Part shown: one piece after another, positions 18,834-28,322 of the stretch
How the letters are laid out: the number at the start of each line of letters is the position of its first letter
How positions within the stretch are numbered: the stretch's first letter is position 1
IMG/VR virus record: IMGVR_UViG_3300026512_000002
Location: 163,697 to 227,696 of that record
DNA: 64,000 nt
Strand: one strand, 5' to 3'
Position numbers and translations under genes: made by a program
The notes under the pieces: model-generated
The model's input: only the letters and a program-made list of their open reading frames with translations
Told to the model about the DNA's origin: nothing
Database searches by the model: none

Positions 18834-19691
18834 CTATTTTGAATCTTCGGCAATAACATTATCCTTTTTCATTTCCTTAGTTTTAAAAGATTTAGCTGTT
18901 TCAAACAATTTTACATATTCCATAGCTATAGCAATCGCAACAGTATCAATAGTCTTGGAAACAATAAATATTGATTTTAAAAACAATATAACCTGTTTCA
19001 CCAACTTATTTACATCTGGTAAATGCTCATTACTACTTATATCCATGTTTTTTAACATAGGTATATTTTTATGTATACTAGAAATAAAATCATTCATATC
19101 ATTAACACTGTCACCTAGACCATTAGTAATATCTACTAACGTAATAACATATTTTCTCAATTCTGAGGATTTATCGATAACTTTATTAGTTACACTACAT
19201 ATATTACCAACATGCTTAGAAATCTCTTTGGTTGATAATTTCTTTTTATCATTAAGTAGTTCTTTAATAATATCAGTATATTTGTCAACATCAGTGTTTT
19301 TCAATGCATCAAGAGTAATATTTTTTACAAACTTATCCAGTGATTCTGTTAGATCGGAAGCGACTTTTAATAAATCATCTAATCTATCGATATTAACAAT
19401 TAATGTATCCTTGTCCATCTTTTTTAATCCCAATATAATATTACTTTTATTAGTTTTGATAAACTTACATTTCTGTTCAAATTTACTATATTCTTCACCA
19501 CTATCTTTAAAAGTTTTTTTAATGTCATTAAACACTTTTTCAATACCTGATAAGAAACTTCTAAATAATGCTGGTGATACGCTTTCAAGAGTGACATTTT
19601 CAAGCAACATTACCCTATTAACATTAGTAGTGTATGTGTTGGCCAATCTTTGTAATTCTAAAATACTTTCATCAAATATAAAATTATGCAT
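18834..19691 (-). CDS. Putative internal head protein
   Basis: Leader with IFDE, MLLE and VTLE sites, then ALFRSFLSGIEKVF; late motif upstream. Confidence 0.55.
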   Translation of the reverse strand: MHNFIFDESILELQRLANTYTTNVNRVMLLENVTLESVSPALFRSFLSGIEKVFNDIKKTFKDSGEEYSKFEQKCKFIKTNKSNIILGLKKMDKDTLIVNIDRLDDLLKVASDLTESLDKFVKNITLDALKNTDVDKYTDIIKELLNDKKKLSTKEISKHVGNICSVTNKVIDKSSELRKYVITLVDITNGLGDSVNDMNDFISSIHKNIPMLKNMDISSNEHLPDVNKLVKQVILFLKSIFIVSKTIDTVAIAIAMEYVKLFETAKSFKTKEMKKDNVIAEDSK

Positions 19692-19718
19692 TTTATGTTC
19701 TCCTTAAACCTATTAATT

Positions 19719-19730
19719 TAATATATTGTT
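19719..19730 (-). promoter_or_regulatory. Putative late promoter AACA-N6-TA
   Basis: AACAATATATTA upstream of 19691. Confidence 0.55.
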
Positions 19731-19754
19731 AAACTTAAAAAAAATGAAACTATG

Positions 19755-19793
19755 ATATATTATAAACTAAACTTGTTTTCATTAATATATTAT
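19755..19793 (+). promoter_or_regulatory. Two ATATATTAT putative early motifs (19755-19763, 19785-19793)
   Basis: At the head of the non-structural gene block. Confidence 0.4.
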
Positions 19794-19857
19794 GATAATG
19801 TGTCTCAAATTAATCTTATCCCATATTGATAAGATTAAACAACTAATAGGAGGAATT

Positions 19858-20181
19858 ATGATTGATCGAGCATTAGTCAAACATCATGCTAGTGATGCTA
19901 TTTTATTCAACATTGAACATTTTGAATCTTATATCGGATATTTACAATATAAGGATAAATGTATGATTATACCAATTACCATTGACGAATTTAAGAAACA
20001 ACTGTGCGACTATAATGATGATTGCGGTTTATTAAAATTTAACAATTTAGAAGAACTAAAAAAAAGCGATATGTTTTTACATCAAAATAAATCGGATCAG
20101 TATTATATAGATACGATGTTTGCTCGTAGTAGTATATATGATATATTTATAGATAAAGGTACTATACTCATACATAAGTAA
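19858..20181 (+). CDS. Hypothetical protein
   Basis: Track ORF 19792-20181; ATG 19858 follows AGGAGG. Confidence 0.65.
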   Translation: MIDRALVKHHASDAILFNIEHFESYIGYLQYKDKCMIIPITIDEFKKQLCDYNDDCGLLKFNNLEELKKSDMFLHQNKSDQYYIDTMFARSSIYDIFIDKGTILIHK

Positions 20182-20289
20182 ATTATCTTTCAACAAAATG
20201 TGTTATAAGATAATAGTTGAGTATATTATAACAAACATTAAATTACATAGTAAATATTATCTAAATTAACATATTGTGAAGGAGATTCT

Positions 20290-21402
20290 ATGTTATTAAA
20301 AAAATTATATTTAGCGAGACAAACCCGATATGATACATTGCTGGACATATCTAATAAATATATTAACAATATAATTGGAGACGAGATAAACATTCTTATT
20401 GATATGAATAGTGTGTTTAACACTATATGGCAACCAAGCATTGTTACTAAATTTGAAGATGATGATAGTCCGGATAATGTAGACCCATATGGTTTAAGTT
20501 TAGCGATTTTAAATTTCATTGCACATTATCGTAATTTTTTCTGGACAAGATATCGAAAACATACAAATATATATCTGTATGATAATATGGTACCAGATAA
20601 ATGGATAATGGATATGTATGGTGATGATTTTAAAAAAAATTTCTATATACACCGAATAGGTGGTGATGGAGTTGTTATATTAGCACAAAATTATTATAAA
20701 AAAAACATAAGTATAGTAAGAGATATAATAACACATGTCCCGTCAGCATATTATGTAAATATGAATGGTATAGATGAATTACTTTTCCCATATATGTTTA
20801 TGAGAGATATAAATCAATCAGAAACACCTACAATTATAATCAGTAATAGGCAACTAACTTTAATTAACAGGTACTACTTTAAAAACATATCGGTATTATC
20901 ATGTAAAAAAGAAAAATCCATATTAGCACATGATTATAAAACAACAACAATGATGATGTTAAATAAGAACAAAGTACCTAACAAAATGGCTATTGAATAT
21001 ATAGAGTTGTATATACCATTTATATATGGTTTAGCTGGTTACGAATCTTTTAATATAAAAAATAAAGTAGGTATGCGTGAAAGTAAAGCTATCAAAATGA
21101 TAGCTAACGCTATCGATAAAGAAATATTACCAGAATATAAAACATCTATTAGTGAGGTTGCTAAAACATTATATACTAACAAAATAGTTACATTAGATGA
21201 TTTAAAACTACTATATAATAATTTAAACATATTGTTATACAATAATCTATATTTTAAAAGATTTAGTATACAAAAAATAAAATCTTTTAAAGACAAACTA
21301 ATAGATATCAGCGATGATCAAATATTAATAGATGCTAATTATAGATATTATAATAGTTTATTAAAAGTTGATCAACTTTTAAAAACAAAACAATACAATT
21401 AG
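20290..21402 (+). CDS. 5'-3' exonuclease / PIN-like protein of jumbo phages
   Basis: INILIDMNSVF...ILNFIAHYRNFF and IIISNRQL resemble a FEN/RNase H-like fold, with some acidic catalytic positions altered. Recalled, not searched. Confidence 0.45.
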   Translation: MLLKKLYLARQTRYDTLLDISNKYINNIIGDEINILIDMNSVFNTIWQPSIVTKFEDDDSPDNVDPYGLSLAILNFIAHYRNFFWTRYRKHTNIYLYDNMVPDKWIMDMYGDDFKKNFYIHRIGGDGVVILAQNYYKKNISIVRDIITHVPSAYYVNMNGIDELLFPYMFMRDINQSETPTIIISNRQLTLINRYYFKNISVLSCKKEKSILAHDYKTTTMMMLNKNKVPNKMAIEYIELYIPFIYGLAGYESFNIKNKVGMRESKAIKMIANAIDKEILPEYKTSISEVAKTLYTNKIVTLDDLKLLYNNLNILLYNNLYFKRFSIQKIKSFKDKLIDISDDQILIDANYRYYNSLLKVDQLLKTKQYN

Positions 21403-21410
21403 AGGTTAAT

Positions 21411-22448
21411 ATGAGATATAAACAAACATTTGAAGAGTTCTATTTTTTAAAAAACAATGATGATTATCTTATTAAAAAAACGGAACATGGTTATCTTGAT
21501 CAACAAAACCCATATCATATGGAAGGTAGTGTATACAATCACATTAAAATGGTTTATGACGAAATGTCTAAATTAACAGATGATGAAACATTATTAAAAG
21601 CAGCCATACTACATGATATTGGAAAATATGTGTGTAGAAAAGAAGATCATGTAAAAAAACGAGTTTATTTTAGAGGACATCCCGGTGTTTCAGCATATAT
21701 GAGTTTGAATTACGCTGATGATTTCAACAAAGAAATATTATTCAAATTAGCAGCATTACATTCAATATTGTTCAAGTATCCAAACACTGAAGTGATAACA
21801 CAATCGTTTTCAAAAGATTTTTGGAATAAATTAAGATTACTAATAAAAGCAGATGTTATAGGTCGTATATCATCACAAAATAGTTCAAAGAATGATATAT
21901 TAGGGTTGTTGAAAACAAATGTAATTACCGATCCAAAGCCCAAACCAGTAGATAAGAATAAACCAACTTTAACATTGTTAATAGGTCCACCGGGTGCTGG
22001 TAAAAGCTCATATATTAAGAATACTCTTAAAGATCATAATAGTAGTATTATTTCAAGAGATGATGCTGTTATGGAAATTGCTGGTACGGATAACTATACA
22101 GATGCTTTTAACATACTGTCCAAAACAAATAAACAACGATTAGTTGATGAACATATAGATCGGAAAATGTCCAAATATGTGAAATCGGAAGCATCTATAA
22201 TCATAGATATGACAAATATGACATATGGGTCTAGAAAGAGATGGGTTAGTCAAACTAAAGGTGATTACAATATAAAGTACACTATGTTCCTAACAAAATT
22301 TAATGACATAATGTTGCGTAATGTGACTCGTTCAGATAAAACGTTACCAATAGAAGCTCTTATCAGCTTTATGAGTAGATTCCAATATCCGTTACTATAT
22401 AATGAAAATTATAATACTATAGAACATGTTGCGAATTACAATAGTTAA
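21411..22448 (+). CDS. HD-domain phosphohydrolase fused to a P-loop polynucleotide-kinase-like (AAA_33) domain
   Basis: HMEGSVYNH...AAILHDIGK...GHPGVSA, then LIGPPGAGKSS, ISRDD and IIDMTN. Confidence 0.85.
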   Translation: MRYKQTFEEFYFLKNNDDYLIKKTEHGYLDQQNPYHMEGSVYNHIKMVYDEMSKLTDDETLLKAAILHDIGKYVCRKEDHVKKRVYFRGHPGVSAYMSLNYADDFNKEILFKLAALHSILFKYPNTEVITQSFSKDFWNKLRLLIKADVIGRISSQNSSKNDILGLLKTNVITDPKPKPVDKNKPTLTLLIGPPGAGKSSYIKNTLKDHNSSIISRDDAVMEIAGTDNYTDAFNILSKTNKQRLVDEHIDRKMSKYVKSEASIIIDMTNMTYGSRKRWVSQTKGDYNIKYTMFLTKFNDIMLRNVTRSDKTLPIEALISFMSRFQYPLLYNENYNTIEHVANYNS

Positions 22449-22449
22449 A

Positions 22450-22828
22450 ATATTATAAAAAGGAGAATATTATGAAAAATTATTCAGATAGTATATTAAA
22501 TGTGTTAAAAAAATATGAATCTAAAATGACAAGAGATGATTATGAAAATTTCAAACATGAGATTGAAATAATTACAAATAACATGGACAAAGTAATGACA
22601 ATGGTGAATATAGTTCCTTCTAAAAAATGTATCGAATTAATTGAAGATGAATTGTATCCAGTATATATTGATAGCGAAGATGGTGGAGGTTGTAATCTAT
22701 ATGATTCAAATGAGGTATATGATGTGTTAGATAAACATAAATTGTTAACAAATAGACCGTCATACCAAAATTTAGCCAATACTGATTTATGTCAAATTAT
22801 ATTATAAAAAGGAGAATATTATGAAAAA
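22450..22828 (+). repeat. Identical 30-nt RBS/start repeat at 22450-22479 and 22799-22828
   Basis: ATATTATAAAAAGGAGAATATTATGAAAAA begins both 22472 and 22821. Confidence 0.9.
22472..22807 (+). CDS. Hypothetical protein
   Basis: 111-aa ORF with strong SD. Confidence 0.7.
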   Translation: MKNYSDSILNVLKKYESKMTRDDYENFKHEIEIITNNMDKVMTMVNIVPSKKCIELIEDELYPVYIDSEDGGGCNLYDSNEVYDVLDKHKLLTNRPSYQNLANTDLCQIIL

Positions 22829-23945
22829 AGATTTAGAAAACATAAACGATTATATTGAAACATTATATGATTTAAAAGATTCAACATATGATGTACTTAA
22901 AAAACAAATAAACATAATCGATAATGAAATTCATAAATTAACTAAACTACAATCAAACAGTGTGTCTAATGACAATATATTGACACTGAGACAAACAATG
23001 CTAAAAGATCCAACCTTAGATTTATACTATGATGATTTTAGGGGTATTGATGACACTCTACATATTAGATGTAAACCAGGTGTTTGGGAATGGTTATTAG
23101 CTAATAAAATAAACTATCCCAAAATAACCCAAGAACTTGATGATTCAGAATGGAGTGGTGGTGAAAAATTCATTGAAATACCAGAAGCTTATGAAGAGGT
23201 AAACTTTACTCAACATGAGGATATGGTTAGAAATATAATATATTTATTAAAACAATCAGGATACTGGTATGATGATATTGCGATACGTTTTGAAGATGGT
23301 GATTTCTATCCAGGTCAGAATACGAATGGTTGTTTAGGATTACCGACAATCGCTTGTAATGATGAATTATTTAATGATATAATGAACGACACTAGAATCG
23401 TAGACGATTTAACAAATTTGTTAAACGATTATGGTTATAGATATGAAACAGAAGAGGATGAATTAAACTTAGTACTAAAACCATTATATAAACATATACC
23501 ATACAAATTATCACTAACATATATTGATAGTAACAATGTGCCAGTTGAAATACCGGATGCTTATGATGTATTAAAAGATTTTACACTTAAACGTTCATTC
23601 ATAGATAAGTTAAATAAAGAATATGATATTAAATATGATTTACCATTAGAGTATAATTCACATGTTATTGATAACAGTTATACCACCACCCATAAGCTTT
23701 CAGATGAAATAACACGCTTAGAATATTATTTTATCCCTAGCACTATTAATGAGGAACATGAGGAGTATGAGGACACACATATTATATCAATACCTATAAC
23801 ATGTGGTGATAAGACATATAATGTAAATGTTGATTTTTGTTGTGTTGAATATGATGATTATCGGGAATATGTGTGGTCAAGTATATATAATTGGGGACAT
23901 GAATTTTTAAAAACTAAACAATTAAAAGTTATCAATTTAGCATAA
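22821..23945 (+). CDS. Highly acidic (D/E/Y-rich) hypothetical protein
   Basis: 374-aa ORF with strong SD. Confidence 0.75.
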   Translation: MKKDLENINDYIETLYDLKDSTYDVLKKQINIIDNEIHKLTKLQSNSVSNDNILTLRQTMLKDPTLDLYYDDFRGIDDTLHIRCKPGVWEWLLANKINYPKITQELDDSEWSGGEKFIEIPEAYEEVNFTQHEDMVRNIIYLLKQSGYWYDDIAIRFEDGDFYPGQNTNGCLGLPTIACNDELFNDIMNDTRIVDDLTNLLNDYGYRYETEEDELNLVLKPLYKHIPYKLSLTYIDSNNVPVEIPDAYDVLKDFTLKRSFIDKLNKEYDIKYDLPLEYNSHVIDNSYTTTHKLSDEITRLEYYFIPSTINEEHEEYEDTHIISIPITCGDKTYNVNVDFCCVEYDDYREYVWSSIYNWGHEFLKTKQLKVINLA

Positions 23946-23946
23946 T

Positions 23947-23992
23947 ATGATAAAGTGTATATGTTGTGTATAAACATATACACTTTTATCAT
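23947..23992. other. Intergenic stem-loop (about 19-bp arms)
   Basis: ATGATAAAGTGTATATGTT ... AACATATACACTTTTATCAT with a one-base bulge. Confidence 0.65.
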
Positions 23993-24032
23993 ACAATAGG
24001 AGCACTATGTTAAATGTTAAAGTAGGTATTAT

Positions 24033-25220
24033 ATGAATATACGTATCATAGTTTTCACAAACAATAGCAATGGTTACATTATATCTAAAACATCCAATAT
24101 CGTAAAAATAAGTGATGGTGAAGATATTTACCATAAATGGCACGATTATATATCACATACAATATTTGAAGATATTGAAGATATTTATAAAATGTTTATT
24201 AAATTGGGTGTCAATGAGTTGAAATTTACAGAATTTAATAAAGAAACATTATTATATGATAATGATGAAGAGTTTCCACCTGATATAGAAATTTATGTTA
24301 ATTTCACAAGCACTACGCTGGTAGGTATATTTGCTATTAATAATAATAATAAAATCACTGTGAAAGCTAACAATATGTTTGTTATTACCAAAAATGACCA
24401 ATACAGCTATACCTTATATAATAATAGTAATAAAACCGTTACTGTAAAAAAACAAGTATTGTTAAAAGATAAATTCAACACACTTATTCTAAGTGGTAAA
24501 ATATCTGGATTCATTATAGATGGTCGAAAGTTAAAAGATTTTTTAGGATATAGAAAAGATTTTAGTACTTGGATAAAAAACATTATATCAAAGTACCAAC
24601 TTATTGAAAACACTGATTTTATCAAAGCTCCCCAAAAAAGGGGAGCTTCAAAAACAGGGCAAGTTAGAATAGAATATACGCTAACATCTAAAATAGCTCA
24701 AAAAATATCTATTAAAGCAAATACTGATATTGGTGATAAATTGGCAGATTATTTATATGATTTAGGACATGAACAGATATCTAAAAAAACATATACTTTA
24801 CCACGAACATATTCAGAAGCATTAAGAGAATTAGCAGATACAACAGACGCTTTAATGTTAGCAAAACAAAAAATAATGAACGATGAACCTAAATTACAAT
24901 ACCATGACACTGTTTTAAATAGTCCGAATCTGTTTACAACAACGCAGATTGCATTAGAAATAGGTATGACAGCTAATGCTCTACATAAATTTCTACATGA
25001 AAAACATGTTATATATCGACAAGGTAAAGTATGGATATTATATAAGGAACATTTAGAAACAAGGATTGGTGGTATGGCTACATATGTATATGTTGATAAA
25101 AGTTCTAATACTAAACATACTCGATTACAATTAAAATGGACACAGAAAGGTAGAAAGTTTATACATGGTTTAATTAAAGATTGTGAAAATAAAAAACTAC
25201 TTACTACTTATAGGAGTTAG
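24033..25220 (+). CDS. Antirepressor-like protein: unknown N-domain + AntA/AntB + KilAC (ANT)
   Basis: IDGRKLKDFLG...DFSTWIK...IENTDF (AntA); LPRTYSEALRELAD...TTTQIA...WTQKGRKFI (KilAC). Confidence 0.8.
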   Translation: MNIRIIVFTNNSNGYIISKTSNIVKISDGEDIYHKWHDYISHTIFEDIEDIYKMFIKLGVNELKFTEFNKETLLYDNDEEFPPDIEIYVNFTSTTLVGIFAINNNNKITVKANNMFVITKNDQYSYTLYNNSNKTVTVKKQVLLKDKFNTLILSGKISGFIIDGRKLKDFLGYRKDFSTWIKNIISKYQLIENTDFIKAPQKRGASKTGQVRIEYTLTSKIAQKISIKANTDIGDKLADYLYDLGHEQISKKTYTLPRTYSEALRELADTTDALMLAKQKIMNDEPKLQYHDTVLNSPNLFTTTQIALEIGMTANALHKFLHEKHVIYRQGKVWILYKEHLETRIGGMATYVYVDKSSNTKHTRLQLKWTQKGRKFIHGLIKDCENKKLLTTYRS

Positions 25221-25224
25221 AATT

Positions 25225-25437
25225 ATGAATACGAATATTGACGACATGAAAGTTTGGTCGGTTTTTGCTGATAATTTTGAAGTAAATTCATATATATTAA
25301 CAAAACATAACGCTGAGAAAATGTTATGTGAATTAAAAATAGATCCCCAGTATAGTGGTATGGATTTATATATATACCCATTATATTATGATGGAGCCGA
25401 CACGATATCATATAATGAACAACCATATTGTAAATGA
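25225..25437 (+). CDS. Small hypothetical protein
   Basis: Track ORF 25183-25437; ATG 25225 follows AGGAG. Confidence 0.6.
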   Translation: MNTNIDDMKVWSVFADNFEVNSYILTKHNAEKMLCELKIDPQYSGMDLYIYPLYYDGADTISYNEQPYCK

Positions 25438-25445
25438 GGTAAACA

Positions 25446-25670
25446 ATGGTAAAATTATTTAACACACCATTTGGTGAAATATTTGTAATTGAAATGGGGG
25501 TTAGGGAGAATGGTAAATATACTGTTTATGGATTGGAAATATTACGTGAAGGATATGAACCATTTACAGTATATGAGAAAATTGATTTAGAGGCAATGGT
25601 TGCTGAAGACCTACCTCCGTTGATAAAAAAGTATAGTAATTGGAGGATGTTTGATGGTTTCAATTTTTAA
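25446..25670 (+). CDS. Small hypothetical protein
   Basis: 74 aa, SD GAGGT. Confidence 0.65.
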   Translation: MVKLFNTPFGEIFVIEMGVRENGKYTVYGLEILREGYEPFTVYEKIDLEAMVAEDLPPLIKKYSNWRMFDGFNF

Positions 25671-25705
25671 CCAAATATTTATCGATGAATTACCAAAGAG
25701 GATTT

Positions 25706-26323
25706 ATGAAAATTTTAAATAACTACATTGCAATAGAAGGCATTGATGGCGCTGGTACAACAACACAGGTCTTAAAATTAGAAGAATTGATAAAGAAAGA
25801 TGATGATATAGATTATATTGTTACCAATGAACCTGCTAATTCTAATATAACCAAACTAATCCGTCATAAATTAAATAGCGGGTACGCTATTAAGCATCAA
25901 TATGAATTAGCATTATTATTTGCTGCTGATAGATTAGAACATCATCATAGAACAATTATTCCAGCTATTGAAAGTAACAAATTGATAATAAGTGATAGAT
26001 CGATTATGTCGTCATATGTTTACCAATCAGTATTCACAAACGATCTTACATGGATCAAATCAATAAATAAATATGCTATTATGCCAAATATCATCATATA
26101 TTTGGACATAGATGCTGAGATAGCAATGAAAAGAATGCTAGGTAGAAATAAATTGGATTCTTATGAAAAAATTGATTTACTGGTTAAATATAGAAAGACA
26201 TATATAGATCTTATAGATAAAATGAAAAATGATACAAACATTTTAATATTAGATGGTACTTTACCAGTAGATGATATCACTACAAAAATATATAATATTA
26301 TATATAATAAAAATAGACATTGA
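25706..26323 (+). CDS. tmk: Thymidylate kinase
   Basis: YIAIEGIDGAGTTTQ (P-loop variant), TNEP, LLFAADR, IISDR; start ATG 25706 after GAGG. Confidence 0.92.
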   Translation: MKILNNYIAIEGIDGAGTTTQVLKLEELIKKDDDIDYIVTNEPANSNITKLIRHKLNSGYAIKHQYELALLFAADRLEHHHRTIIPAIESNKLIISDRSIMSSYVYQSVFTNDLTWIKSINKYAIMPNIIIYLDIDAEIAMKRMLGRNKLDSYEKIDLLVKYRKTYIDLIDKMKNDTNILILDGTLPVDDITTKIYNIIYNKNRH

Positions 26324-26348
26324 CAAGTAATTAAATGTAGGAGTGTTT

Positions 26349-26972
26349 ATGAAAATTATTAAACAACATGTTACAATATTAAAAGACAATATTGATGAAA
26401 GTGACGAGGATTTAAAAAAAAGAATTTATTTGAAATTAGAAAAAATTGCTAGAAACGCATATGCTAGTGAACATAAAAATCCAAATAATAATTTATCTAT
26501 AACAATAGATTTTTTAAAAAAAATCATGAGAAAAAAACATTTAGGTATATTAGAACATGTTCAGGTGTCATTTGAAATTGTTGCAAACAGAGCAATATTA
26601 AATGAATTAGTTAGACATAGAATGGCTAGTTATGTTCAGAACTCTACTAGATATATAAGATATAATGATGATATTGAATTTATTGAACCATACGGATTTG
26701 TTGAAAATAGTGTTGAGTACAATATATGGCTTAAAGCATGTAGACAGTCAGAACATGCATATCATAAACTACTTAATAATGGTATCAATCCAGGTAATGC
26801 TAGAGATGTGTTAAACTTATCATTAGCTTCAAAAATCATAGTTACAATGAATTTACGTTCATGGTTACATTACCTAGAACTTAGATTAGCCAAGACAGCT
26901 CACCCACAAATTAGAACAATATCTAATGAAATAAGTGAAATATTACATGGAATGTTACCTATAATATTTTAA
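26349..26972 (+). CDS. thyX: FAD-dependent thymidylate synthase
   Basis: H.GILEHVQVSF, ELVRHRMASYVQNSTRY (RHRx7S), VTMNLRSW.HYLELR...AHPQIR. Confidence 0.95.
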   Translation: MKIIKQHVTILKDNIDESDEDLKKRIYLKLEKIARNAYASEHKNPNNNLSITIDFLKKIMRKKHLGILEHVQVSFEIVANRAILNELVRHRMASYVQNSTRYIRYNDDIEFIEPYGFVENSVEYNIWLKACRQSEHAYHKLLNNGINPGNARDVLNLSLASKIIVTMNLRSWLHYLELRLAKTAHPQIRTISNEISEILHGMLPIIF

Positions 26973-26981
26973 AAGGACATT

Positions 26982-27152
26982 ATGAATAATAAAAAATTAT
27001 TTAAAATGATAGACACCAATATGGTTATATGTAATAAATGTGGTACTAAAAATAAAGGCTATGCAACAATAACAAGAAAAAATAAATTAGGTCATATAGT
27101 ATACTATAACGGTTATTGGTGTAAAAATTGCGGCAAAGAATCATTTAAGTGA
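26982..27152 (+). CDS. 56-aa zinc-ribbon protein (not in track)
   Basis: MNNKKLFKMIDTNMVICNKCG...YWCKNCGKESFK; SD AAGGA; two CxxC motifs. Confidence 0.7.
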   Translation: MNNKKLFKMIDTNMVICNKCGTKNKGYATITRKNKLGHIVYYNGYWCKNCGKESFK

Positions 27153-27174
27153 AATATTATCAAAATGTAGTGAT

Positions 27175-27209
27175 AATAGGGTTAATGAACATTAACCCTA
27201 TTTTTTTTT
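27175..27209 (+). terminator. Intrinsic terminator between convergent genes
   Basis: AATAGGGTTAATG / CATTAACCCTATT followed by a T-run. Confidence 0.85.
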
Positions 27210-27297
27210 AGAGATTTATATACAAATATGTAGTTTAGTATTATCGGTTTCAATTGTGTGATTATTGATAATTTTATATGATAAATCGGATTAGATA

Positions 27298-27486
27298 TTA
27301 TAACCTATGAGAAATGTTATCAACACCTGTTTTAACAATTCTTCCAATTGGTTTATCACTAGTGTTGTTTAATGCTACATAAGCTATGGATGCACCTCTA
27401 TCTGTATTAATGGTTAAAAGTATACCTTTTTCACCTGTATCTTTTAATATAACAGGTATGTTGATTGTTGTATTCATATCAATCAC
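27298..27486 (-). CDS. Small hypothetical protein
   Basis: 62 aa, SD AGGAG, 4-nt overlap with the upstream stop. Confidence 0.6.
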   Translation of the reverse strand: MIDMNTTINIPVILKDTGEKGILLTINTDRGASIAYVALNNTSDKPIGRIVKTGVDNISHRL

Positions 27487-28208
27487 TCCTTAACATTGTT
27501 TAATGTAGTGTTCGTCTCATAATTTTTTATTATTATTTCATACTCTTTAAGTTTAAAGTCACATATAATATTTTGATTATTAAATATTGACTTAATTTTA
27601 TTCAGAACATGTATAGTATTCTTATCTAAATCTGTAGTGTCGGGTACTGTGATTATTGTAACATTATCATATTCTGGATTATCAGTGTATGACACGTTAA
27701 TATCTTTATTAGTAGCAGCGATTGTTAAAATAGCTATATTATACTCATCACACATTATAGAATTTTTTAATATCTTGTTAGCACGTCTAATTTTATCATC
27801 ATATGATAAACTATTTAATATATCAATATATCTCGATTCAAGAAAATTAACAATATCATCATATACCGGAAATCCGAATCTATATAATCTTTCAGTATGA
27901 GCCATAATCATATCAACACCTTCCACATATATTGTATGTAATGTATTTATTTCATCGATAAGCTTGGACACACGTTTATTAAAATTATCAATATCAATAT
28001 TTTTTAAACTGTCAATATATATTAATGATAGTAATTCAGCATATTTATCAATATCAACATAATCATATTGTTCTATTATATCGAGATCGTTTTTATACGT
28101 ACGCCTCATGCTACTTATTAATATTGTTTCTCGATATATAACAAAAGTTAATATTACCCCAATTACTATAGTGGTTATACTAATAATTAAATAAGTTAAA
28201 AATGTCAT
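27483..28208 (-). CDS. Membrane-anchored hypothetical protein
   Basis: N-terminal hydrophobic FLTYLIISITTIVIGVILTFVIY. Confidence 0.7.
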   Translation of the reverse strand: MTFLTYLIISITTIVIGVILTFVIYRETILISSMRRTYKNDLDIIEQYDYVDIDKYAELLSLIYIDSLKNIDIDNFNKRVSKLIDEINTLHTIYVEGVDMIMAHTERLYRFGFPVYDDIVNFLESRYIDILNSLSYDDKIRRANKILKNSIMCDEYNIAILTIAATNKDINVSYTDNPEYDNVTIITVPDTTDLDKNTIHVLNKIKSIFNNQNIICDFKLKEYEIIIKNYETNTTLNNVKE

Positions 28209-28322
28209 ATTACCCCAAATAAAAACAGTATAATCCTAACATATTCTTTAGAAATGTTCAAGTGTTACTAAAAATATAAATATATATTAATATAGTACAT
28301 ATAATATTTAAAGGAGGCTTAT

